Of a DNA stretch of 64,000 nt, positions 1-10,488 are shown piece after piece. Location of the stretch: NCBI GenBank assembly GCA_950097015.1, contig CATNEN010000033.1, forward strand, positions 5,208,001-5,272,000. Direction: 5' to 3'. Numbering within the stretch: position 1 is the stretch's first letter; every line of letters starts with the position of its first letter. The notes below the pieces were generated by a model, which was not told the origin of the DNA, ran no database searches, and saw only the letters and a program-made list of their open reading frames with translations. This DNA comes from Macrostomum hystrix. Lineage: Eukaryota > Animalia > Platyhelminthes. Both the position numbers and the translations under genes were made by a program.

Positions 1-470
1 CCTGACAAGCCTATGCTCACAGCTATTTACACCTGACAAGCCTATGCTCACAGATATTCACACCTGACAAGCCTATGCTCACAGCTATTCACACCTGACA
101 AGCCTATGCTCACAGATATTCACACCTGACAAGCCTATGCTCACAGCTATTCACACCTGACAAGCCTATGCTCACAGATATTCACACCTGACAAGCCTAT
201 GCTCACAGATATTCACACCTGACAAGCCTATGCTCACAGCTATTCACACCTGACAAGCCTATGCTCACAGATATTCACACCTGACAAGCCTATGCTCACA
301 GATATTCACGCCTGACAAGCCTATGCTCACAGATATTCACACCTGACAAGCCTATGCTCACAGATATTCACGCCTGACAAGCCTATGCTCACAGATATTC
401 ACGCCTGACAAGCCTATGCTCACAGATATTCACGCCTGACAAGCCTATGCTTAGAAGATATTCACAGCTG
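1..470. repeat. 31-bp minisatellite (cctgacaagcctatgctcacagatattcaca), about 15 copies, cut by the window start
   Basis: Direct 31-bp periodicity; ends just before the acceptor ctttttttcag at 511. Confidence 0.95.
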
Positions 471-511
471 ACAGTCTGAGGCTCACATCTCTATTAAAAA
501 CTTTTTTTCAG

Positions 512-1351
512 GCGCCTCTTCGCTTTCTCTCTGCGGCCGTCGCCAGTTTCAGCCGCCTCGGTGGCTCCGCCGGCTTCCTTCAGCGCGGGCCTAGGACCGT
601 CGCCTCATTCAGTTCCGCAGCCGCCGACGAAAGCTACCAACCTGACGGTCAGCAGCAACAGAAGAACACTCGCCGAGTAGCCTTGGACTTCAATGAAGTT
701 CGCCTAGTCGGTCGAGTCAACAAGGTGCTAGACCTCAGCGCATCCTGGGCCACCTTTCTGCTGTCTACAGAGAGGCGGCTGCGAACCAGAGCTCCGGACG
801 GGCAGCAGCAGGAGGAGCAGCAGCAGCAGCCTGCTGTGCGTATCGAGCGTGCAGTTCATTTAGTAACCGGGCCCATCGTCAGCGCCAATGAAAGCAGCGA
901 GTCTGCCGACGCCTCCCAGTATCTGTATCCGGGTAGCCGGCTTGAAGTGGTTGGCCAGCTGGCCTACCGCCCGCTCCGCCGACGTTCGGCCAGCGTAGAA
1001 GCCGCTGAATCCGACGCCGCCGATGATGCCGAGACCAGCCAAGCTGACGGCCCGGTGGCCTTGAAGTTCGAGCCAATCATTCGCATCGCCCGGCTGGTTC
1101 CCCTGGCTCTGACTGACCGCGCCGGCGGCAGGGTCGACGCCTCGTCCGCTCAGTTCGATGCTCAACAGCGCCGGCCGCAGCGTCGGCAACGTCGACAATT
1201 TGAAGACGACAACGTCCGAGGTAACAATCAGGTTGAGGAAGTCAGTCAGGCCGATGACGGCTGGGCCGACGAGAGTCCCAGCGTCAGGCGCCCAGGCGGC
1301 AGGCGGGGCGCCCCGCAGTCGGACTCCTGGGGTGACAGCAAGGACTTATAA
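512..1351 (+). CDS. Mitochondrial SSB-like OB-fold protein 1; 5' end lacks an ATG (open from the acceptor at 511)
   Basis: Frame open from 512: APLRFLSAAVASFSRLGG... (Arg/Ser/Ala presequence-like), then NEVRLVGRV..ATFLLSTE..H..YLYPGSRLEVVGQLAYR, matching the SSB pattern N.V.L.G....F.LAT...H....L.KG..V.V.G.L; long low-complexity C-terminal tail. Confidence 0.6.
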   Translation, partial: APLRFLSAAVASFSRLGGSAGFLQRGPRTVASFSSAAADESYQPDGQQQQKNTRRVALDFNEVRLVGRVNKVLDLSASWATFLLSTERRLRTRAPDGQQQEEQQQQPAVRIERAVHLVTGPIVSANESSESADASQYLYPGSRLEVVGQLAYRPLRRRSASVEAAESDAADDAETSQADGPVALKFEPIIRIARLVPLALTDRAGGRVDASSAQFDAQQRRPQRRQRRQFEDDNVRGNNQVEEVSQADDGWADESPSVRRPGGRRGAPQSDSWGDSKDL

Positions 1352-1841
1352 ATATGAGGCTTTGCATTTGATTCTGCAGCTTCTCTCACTGCCCCATCTA
1401 GCTGATGTGGCCTTGTTTGAATGAGTGTCTATATCTGAGCCACGGCCTGTTTTACCTGGAAAGTAGACACTATCGATACTATTACTGTTTACCAGTTAGG
1501 CCGCTAGAACTGTCACTCCATCATATGCTAGCTAATACCAGTTGTTAGTATTTAAAATATTTTTTGTTAGCACAAATTGTTAAGAACCTTTGTTCTTGGT
1601 GGCGTGTAAGAAGCTGTTTCTGAAAACAAAGTCTTTTTAATTTTGCTACTAATTTTATTGTTTTTTACGGCTTTTTTTATTTGTTTTGAATTATTTAATT
1701 GATTGAAGCTAAAGATTAAACTTGTTTATAGTAGATTAAGCCCAAGAGACTAAAAATTAACTAGCAGCACATTTACTTTACTTCCCTACTTTCAGTAGAC
1801 AGACGCATCGCGTCGTACAAAAAAGAATTTAACAATCAGAC

Positions 1842-3550
1842 ATGCTCTCGACGGCTAGCAATGCAATTGCGCGTCGGCTTCTGCAGCAGCAGCAGCAGCT
1901 GGTGCCGCTCTGGTCGGCCAGCTTGTACACCTGGAATGGAAGGAATACCAACAATGACTCGAACTGGCAGCGATCCGGCGCCGGTGATTCAACTGGCCAG
2001 TTCCGCAATAGTCCGCTGCCCCGCGATCACAATGAGATCCGGCTGCGCGGCACTATCACAAGGGTGCGGCTGGGACTGCGTGTTTTTTACTATTTTACTA
2101 ATAATAATTTTATTTAAGCTTATCTTAGGAAAATATTGCCTGGTGTATGCAAGCATATTCCCAGTAATTAATGCCAGCCTAAGGGAAAAAATTGTGTCCT
2201 TGAATAAGGCAATTAATTTCCTAGTGCTTCAGTTCAGCTTTCTGTAAATGGCATTTGGTGGACAGCCCCCAGTCCATGGACTGAACAGCTGTACGCAACA
2301 GCTGCTTCTGTGCTCCTGGCTTTTCGTCTGGTCCACTGCACTAGGCAAGGTTTCTGCACTCCGTCCTAAATATTTAGAAACACGAAAACAACTAACTGGT
2401 AATTGCGAAAAGACTATAAATGTCAGCCTTATCAGTTACAACCTGCTACAATTGGGAATGCGCATGTGGGCAGTCAGTTGTGCAATCACATCCGCTTCTA
2501 GCGCTAATACCCACCAATTCGAGGTGTCCCAAATCTTTAGAAACATCCAAGCACAATCGATGTATTGTGTATTTCATTGCTTTGATTGCTACAAATTCAG
2601 TTAATCTAGCGTATAATAACTTTAAATTAACATTTGCATCTCATGCTCTCCACTTTGAGGAATTCAGAAATATGAATGCAGTAGCAGCTAGCCATTCAAT
2701 TACGGCCATGCCCCACGACACTAAATTGTCTACTGCTGAACAGCAGTTCCTTTTTGGGGCACGAATAGGCGACAATCGGGCTCGGAGATTCTTGCGCAGC
2801 CTCCGCAACTTACTGCAATAATACCAAGGAATCGTACAGTAATCAGTACAGTGTCAGTAATCAGAAACTTATTGGCTGACCCTGACCACTTAGTGAATTC
2901 TCAGTCAGTTGTTGCATGCTGGTCGACCTTCACAGACACCGAGCTAGAGAAGCTCGCTGACTCTGTGTTTGACTGAGCTATCAAAGTTCTGCAGGCAAAC
3001 GGTGTAACTTTTTGCTGAGAAGTATATAAGTATCAATTGTTTCTAAAGATACGGAACACCCTACGGCCTACAATATACTATTTTTGGCATTTTTTACAAA
3101 AACGTACTTTTTTCCATAAAGTACACAGAAATATAGATTAAAAGTACATTGTGCTCTATGAACTTTATGGTTAGTGAATCTGCTTCTCCTACCTTGCAGG
3201 TGCTGCAGGCCAACAATAGATTCTGCAGTTTCGTAATCCGCACCAAGAAGCTCTACAAGCGCGTGAATCCCGGCGGTAGCTGGCGCTGGGCAGAGTCGGT
3301 CACCAGCCACACAGCCTTCGGCTTTGGCGCCAATCTGCCCAGCTTCCTTCCCGTATTGTCTGTCGGCGCCCGGGTTGACATGTCGGCCATGATACAATAC
3401 CAGAATGCGGTTAAAGGCAAGGCAGCGGAAGACGCATCTACCAATGCAGGCTCGGGTGACAGGCGAGTTCAGTTGCGAGTTGTATGGATCAAGCCGATCG
3501 AGGAGGAAGAGATGGTCGATGTCAACTTCGATGTGCAGCTGGATCAGTGA
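1842..3550 (+). CDS. Mitochondrial SSB-like OB-fold protein 2 (exons 1842-2063, 3200-3550; 190 aa)
   Basis: Presequence-like MLSTASNAIARRLL; the phase-0 GT-AG join gives HNEIRLRGTITR|VLQANNRFCSFVIRTKKLYK...HTAFGFG...LSVGARVDMSAMIQYQ, an SSB-type strand pattern. Confidence 0.6.
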
Positions 3551-3972
3551 ACGGACTGCTGTTTTTTTATTGTGTTTTGCTTCTCTTTAATTACTCGTAT
3601 CAAAAGCAACACCATGTGCGGTTGGCCCTGCACTTCAGTGAACATCTGCAGGCATTTATCTTGTCCTAGGTAACTAAATTAATGTTAACTGAGCGACTAC
3701 CTATGAAGATATCTGCTATCTTAGTTAATTCTAATTGTTAGTCATTAAACTGATAGCTAAATAGCAATTGGCGCTAATTTCTACGAGCCAAAAGCAGCTT
3801 GAATTCTCGACTTCCTTATTTTGCAATGTCATTTCAGAGCTCCTACTACTCGTACTATAGTTTCGCTGATTTTTTAGAAAGCGCCTGTGTTAATTATTTT
3901 TTTAATTTCCTTCATACTTTCAGTCTTCGTGTTGATCTCGCCAAGTATCTAGCCAGCTAAGCAACCAGCATT

Positions 3973-5918
3973 ATGTCCAGCAGCGGTGCCGACAGCGGCA
4001 GGACCAGCTGGCAGCGTCAGTTGCTAGGCAACGCGCACTGGGAGAATATGGCAGCCGGCATGACCGGCGGCCTGCTATCGACGCTGGCCTTGCACCCGCT
4101 CGACCTCGTCAAGGTTCGCTTCCAGGTCTGTTGAGAAATTTAGGATTACCGGTTAATGATGCGGTTGTAGGATTAATCTAAATTCTGAAAAACCCATTTA
4201 GAATAGTCCCTGTTCCCAATGACCATTAAGAGTAGTCCCTGATCCCAATGACCCTTTCACAGTTGTCTCTAATCTCAATGACCAATTTAAAATAGTCCTG
4301 GATCCCTATAACCCAATTCCATCAATCCCAGTTGCCAATGGCCCAATGGGATCAATTCACAGTTCCCAATGGCCCAAGTCGATTGATCCCCAGTCCTATT
4401 GTCTATATTTATTTCTCCCATCCCAACCAAGGTGGACGAAGGCGTCGGGTCCAGCGGCCGGCCGAGCTCGCGCCCAGTCTACCGCGGCCTGCTGCACGCC
4501 ATGACAAGCATCTACAGGAGCCAGGGCCTGTCCGGCCTGTACGCCGGTGTGGTTCCCAACCTGTGGGGCGCCGGGGCAAGCTGGGGCCTGTACTTTCTGT
4601 TCTACGAGGCTGCCAAGGTGCAGCTGCAGGGCGGCGATCGGACAGCCCGGCTTGGCGCCAGCGAGCTCATGGGAGCCGCTGCCGCGTCTGGCGCCATCAC
4701 TCTGGTGTTCACCAATCCCATCTGGGTGTGCAAGACCCGGCTGTGCCTGCAGTACGGAGGCGGGCCCACCGTGTACAACTACCGCGGCATGCTGCACGCG
4801 CTCTACTGCATTGCCAGGTTTGAAGGCTTGGCCGGCTTGTACAAGGTGAGAATCACAGTTTCTAGGACCCTCAAATCCTCAAAATATCCCATCTTAAATC
4901 TTACAGGTGTGTCCCATTCTTGATCCCCATATTTTGTTCCATCCCAGATCATCAATATCTGTCCCATTCCAGATCCTCATAATCTGTCCCATTCCAGATC
5001 CTCATAATCTGTCCCATTCCAGATCCTCATAATCTGTCCCATTCCAGATCCTCATAATCTGTCCCATTCCAGATCCTCATAATCTGTCCCATTCCAGATC
5101 CTCATAATCTGTCCCATTCCAGATCCTCATAATCTGTCCCATTCCAGATCCTCATAATCTGTCCCATTCCAGATCCTCATAATCTGTCCCATTCCAGATC
5201 CTCATAATCTGTCCCATTCCAGATCCTCATAATCTGTCCCATTCCAGATCCTCATAATCTGTCCCATTCCAGATCCTCATAATCTGTCCCATTCCAGATC
5301 CTTATAATCTGTCCCATTCCAGATCCTCATTATCTGTCCCATTCCAGATCCTCATAATCTGTCCCATTCCAGATCCTCATTATCTGTCCCATTCCAGATC
5401 CTCATAATCTGTCCCATTCCAGATCCTTATTATCTGTCCTTATAACCTGTCGTGAATCCTCATTAACCCCTGAATATGAGGGATTTTATTCGGCTCACAG
5501 CGCCAAATCCTTCATCCCAATTCAGGGCTACGTGCCAGGCCTGCTTGGCGTCTCCCACGGAGCCATCCAGTTCCTGGTGTACGAGAAGATGAAGAATGCT
5601 TACACGGCTTCCAATCAGCTGCCAGCCAATGCCAAGCTGCCCACCTTGGTGTACCTGGGCTGCGCTGCCCTGTCAAAGATTGTGGCAGCCGCCACCACTT
5701 ATCCCTACCAGGTGGTGCGCTCCCGCCTGCAGGAGCAGCACCGGGAGGCCCGCGGAGCCCTCCGCGTCTGCCGCGACCTGCTGACAGTTGAAGGCTGGCG
5801 CGGTTTCTACAAAGGCCTGCTGCCGACACTGCTCAGGGTCACTCCGGCCTGTTGCATCACATTTGTTGTCTATGAGCATTTTGCCACCTTCCTGATGCCA
5901 TTTCGGCACGCTACGTGA
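3973..5918 (+). CDS. SLC25A32: Mitochondrial folate/FAD carrier, SLC25 family (exons 3973-4125, 4432-4845, 5526-5918; 319 aa)
   Basis: Three carrier signatures ([32 protein letters not shown]), GASWGLYF motif, consistent GT-AG phases. Confidence 0.9.
4957..5430. repeat. 25-bp intronic minisatellite (aatctgtcccattccagatcctcat)
   Basis: Direct periodicity inside SLC25A32 intron 2. Confidence 0.95.
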
Positions 5919-6811
5919 CCGGGGCTCGCAAGTGCGTGTTTGCCGCAGTCGTATAAATTAGCTATTTAATATTTTAAAACTATTTGACGTCAAATTTGTT
6001 GTTTATTAGAACCATTGTCGGCGATTTCTGTTGAATAATTGGCATTTCTCATGGCTTGTTTTGTTTTGCACTGCTTTTTTAGCACCTTCGGCACACTATT
6101 ATGCACTTCCAGCTATTCGCGAATATGCCGACATTTCTGATTTGATTCATTATACTCGTCATCTATTTTGTCTATTTTACCCTACACCCTGGTGAATTGC
6201 AGTGCTGTATTTTCTGATTATTGTCGAATCATTGCTTCTTGTGTCCCACATCTCGTGACAAATACATTAGCATTCTATTGTGCGTTTTGTTCACAAGAGT
6301 TTTTCATTTATCAGCTATTACGATCGATACTGTGATACTATTACATTTCTATCTAAGCCAATCCTGGTACCCATTTTAAGATTCTGAGAAGAACCATACG
6401 ACTGGCGGTTGGATTCTATGACTAATAACTTCTGTTCTGTTGCTATTTCAATTCTGGCACAATTAAAAAATGTGTGCGTGTGTCTCCGTGCTCATTCATC
6501 CCCCCCGCCCAATGGGATCGCTTTAGAACTGGCACGCAATGCACCACCTGCTCGCCCTGAGCCCCTCCCCTGCTCGTATATTTTCTCGGCTTCAATTCTC
6601 TCTTTATAATTCCTGGCCGCGTTTGCGCACGAGCACGGACTCAGTCGGGCAGGCGGACTGCTCAAAAAGGCAAACTCACACCCCCTCGGGGCGATTGTCT
6701 CTTAGATTAAAATAAATAGTGATGCTTTCTTATTAAATTAAGCCCAGCTCTGGCTTGTTCTCTGTGCTTTGCTGGACTGCTATAGCTAGTTTCTAGGACA
6801 AGGCTTTAGTC

Positions 6812-9656
6812 ATGCAGAAAGCTAAGCAGTATGACTGGAGGGATAGCAATCTGGCCCTGTTTGGCTCCGATTTGGATAGACAAGTGAAAAGTAAGCCTGA
6901 TTAAGCAACCAGCTTCTCTTTTGACTGTGTAAATCTATTTTGTTATTTTTTTCCAATTTCAGAAGAGTCTGCCGAAAAGGAGCCAGCCTGGACTCCGGTG
7001 CTGGAGAACAGGCGGCCTCACCTGTATGTGTGGCGGATTGAGGTGAGCATTGGAGCATGTTCCGTGTGCTTTCTTGCAATACTGAAACTGAAATACAATA
7101 CTTGCAATACTGAAATACTTTCTGCCGTTATTTTTATCTTCGATGTTCATTTTTTAATTAATTTTTACCTGAAAAGGGGCCCGTACTATAAAGTGTTCGT
7201 AATTTCCGTCGTAAGCTCTATCTTACGCAGGACAGTTAAGAACCGTCTCAGAGCGTTCTTAAGTGCGTTCGGTGAAACATTCGTCGATGCGTCTTAACTT
7301 AAGCAGTGGCTACGATCAAACTTAGGGATTGGTGCCTGAGAATTCACAAAGTTTCACCGAACGCAAAATTACGCGTCCGCGATGACTTAAGAAGCTACTG
7401 GAATCTAAGAACGATCTTAAGATACGATGGCTTCACCGAACATTTTACGACACAGTGCCAACGTAAGTTGTAACTTAAAGGATACGCAAGCTTGATAGAA
7501 CGGGCCCAAAGTTGTTACCGCCAAAGTTGTGAGTTTCAGATTTATGAAAAACTGTCTAAGCTAAAATCACAATCCTGGATTGTGAACTTACAATTAACAG
7601 TCTGACTCACTGGCTCTTAATCTCTCCCTTCTATATTTTGCCCTCTCCCCTCTCACTTCCCCTTTCCCTTCTCTTACCATCTCTCGTCTATTCGCCTCTC
7701 TCCTCTCTTCATCTCCTCTCGCTTCCCGTTCCTCTCTTCTCCTCTCCTCTTCGACTCCCCCTATCTCTCCATCTCTCGTAAGGAACGGCTCGGCCTTGGC
7801 CCTGTTGTCAGCTGAAAACTATAGGCAAATCGCATGCGCCAATGGCTTTCCCATAATCCGTGGCAACAAAGCACTGGCCATCGAATCTCGCCGCAAAATC
7901 CGCAGAACTTCAAAGTGGTGGAGTGGCCCAAAGAACTCCACGGAAAGTTCTACAGCGGCGACTCTTACATTATTCTGAACGCCTACCTGGAGAATGACAA
8001 GCTCTGCTACGATGTGCACTTTTGGATTGGCCGGGAGAGCACGGCAGACGAGTACGGCACGGCCGCCTACAAGACCGTCGAGTTGGACACCCTGCTGGAC
8101 GACCTGCCTGTTCAGCACCGCGAAGTGCAGGGCTACGAGAGCCAGCTGATGCGCAGCTATTTCCCTGAGATCACTTACCTGGCTGGCGGCTGTCCCAGCG
8201 GATTTCGCAATGTCAGAACTCGCGAGTACAAGCCCCGCCTGCTGCACTTTAAGGTGAGGGAAGGCATCATTTGCTGCAGGCCATAGGACCATAGACTAAG
8301 CGATTTTATCCTTCCAAATCCATAATTTATTCTCAGGGTGAGCGGCAGAACATTGAGGTGTGGGAAGTGGCCAAGTCGCGCAAATTGCTGGACAACACGG
8401 ATGTATATATCCTGGACCTGGGCGATCGCGCTATCCAGTGGAACAGCAAGGGAGCCAATAAAAATGAGCGCTTCAAGGCCGCCCAGTACCTGCAGGGACT
8501 CAAGAGCGAGCGCAACGGACGGCTGGCCTGCGAAGTTATTGAAGAGGACTCAGCCGACCCCACTGTGAGCTCGCCGTGACCGAATAAACCCACTGCCAGT
8601 TCACTCAATAAACCCACTGCCAGTTCACTGAATAAACCCACTGCCAGTTCGCTGAATAAACCCACTGCCAGTTCACTCAATAAACCCACTGCCAGTTCAC
8701 TGAATAAACCCACTCTCAGCCCACTGACAAACCCACTCTCAGCCCACTGACAAACCCACTCTCAGCCCACTGACAAACCCACTCTCAGCCCACTGAAAAA
8801 CCCACTCTCAGCCCACTGACAAACCCACTCTCAGCCCACTGACAAACCCACTCTCAGCCCACTGACAAACCCACTCTCAGCCCACTGACAAACCCACTCT
8901 CAGCCCACTGACAAACCCACTCTCAGCCCACTGACAAACCCACTCTCAGCCCACTGAAAAACCCACTCTCAGCCCCGAATCCCCAGCACACAGTCAGTCC
9001 CCATCGCCAATTTTTGCAGCACGAGTTCTACGCCTCACTGACCGAGGAGGAAGCCGAGGCCGATCAGCTTGGCCAACTGCAGCGGCAGTCCAGCCGCGGC
9101 ACCGAGAAGCGGATGCTCAGGTGAGTCCGGCAGCTTTGATGCCCGAGTTCTCACTCCTCTGTCCTGACCGCTCCTGAACTGTCACTCCCGCTTCGCCTCC
9201 ACGCAGACTGTCTGACGAATCCGGCCAGCTGCAGTTCGAGCAGATCCAGACCGACTCGCTGAGCCGCGGCGGAGTCACCGAAGATGTCAGTGTGATGACC
9301 AACTCCTTGTTGTTTCATGTTCTCTACTAGCCTACTCACCGAGCCCGTATAAGTAGTAACATGCGGATAATCTCACATTCACTCTGCAGGATGTGTTCAT
9401 CATAGACAACGGATTCGAAGTGTACGTCTATGTTGGCAAGCAGGCTTCGGTGGCTGAGCGGCGCAACGCCCTGTCCTATGCTCATGTGAGTTGCTTAAGG
9501 CAATTAATTAACTTGACACCCACCAACTCTAACATAATCTAATTAACCTGGTTTCAGACCTACCTGCAGACTAGCGAGAATCCGTTCGCCCCCGTCACTG
9601 TGGTCACTCCGGAGGCGCCCAGCAAGACCAAAGCCATATTTGAAGCCAATTTTTAA
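6812..9656 (+). CDS. Three-domain gelsolin/severin-like actin-severing protein (exons 6812-6890, 6963-7042, 7906-8253, 8337-8564, 9020-9120, 9207-9285, 9390-9485, 9558-9656; 369 aa)
   Basis: MQKAKQYDWRDSNLALFGSD, WRIE|NFKVVEWP..GKFYSGDSYIIL..YDVHFWIG..DEYGTAAYKTVELD..HREVQGYES; all joins are GT-AG and in frame. Confidence 0.92.
7177..7507. mobile_element. Non-autonomous TIR element (MITE, Harbinger-like ends) in gelsolin intron 2
   Basis: Ends gggcccgtactataaag / cttgatagaacgggccc (15/17 complementary), flanked by aaag on both sides; no ORF. Confidence 0.65.
8581..8975. repeat. Compound intronic minisatellite: 24-bp AATAAA-containing unit followed by a 23-bp variant
   Basis: aataaacccactgccagttcactg x6, then acaaacccactctcagcccactg repeated. 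Confidence 0.9.
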
Positions 9657-10049
9657 CAAGCTACTGCGAGTAGTGTGCTGTGCGCTGATTTGCGGTTAAT
9701 GTTATGTTTTTTATTGGAACTTTATTGCACTGTGCTATTCAAGGTGTGCTGTTGTGAGTATCAAATCATATATCTAGATTTTGCCATATCTGTTTGACCA
9801 GCTATTAAAGCGGTCTGTTTATTTGGCTTGCTGCTTTTGTTTCCAGTTGTTTATTCCGAAATAAACTCAGTAAGATGTGATTCTATTTCTCATGTCGCAA
9901 ATAACAGTTGTGACAGACTCAAATTGTTAAAGATTTTATAAAAAGCCTAGTCAAATATAGGTCTCACTTCTTACAAGAGAAGTTGTCAGATATCAGATGT
10001 AATTATTTTGTTAACCATTGCTAAAGCATTTTATTGCTAATTATATCTT

Positions 10050-10370
10050 ATGACCTCAAATACATTATCCACACAGCTCAGAGTAATCCGTTTTGTCTAC
10101 GGCCTCAACTACATTATCCACACAGCTCAGAGTAATCCGTTTTGTCTATGACCTCAACTACATTATCCACACAGCTCAGAGTAATCCATTTTTTCTATGA
10201 CCTCAACTACATTATCCACACAGCTCAGAGTAATCCATTTTTTCTATGACCTCAACTACATTATCCACACAGCTCAGAGTAATCCGTTTTGTCTATGACC
10301 TCAACTACATTATCCACACAGCTCAGAGTAATCCGTTTTGTCTATGGCCTCAACTACATTATCCACATAG
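10050..10370. repeat. 49-bp minisatellite upstream of VPS51
   Basis: acattatccacacagctcagagtaatccgttttgtctatgacctcaact, about 6 copies. Confidence 0.9.
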
Positions 10371-10488
10371 CTCGGAGCAATCCCTTCTATGGCCTGTCTA
10401 TGGCCTGAACTAAAATTTCCACACTGCTCAGAACAATATTTGTTTTTGTCTGTGGTCCGAAGTTCGAACCCCAACCAACCCATTGCAG

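Noticed and set aside
10455-10475. tRNA gene suggested by a gttcgaacc B-box-like motif
   Set aside because: No A box or cloverleaf around it.
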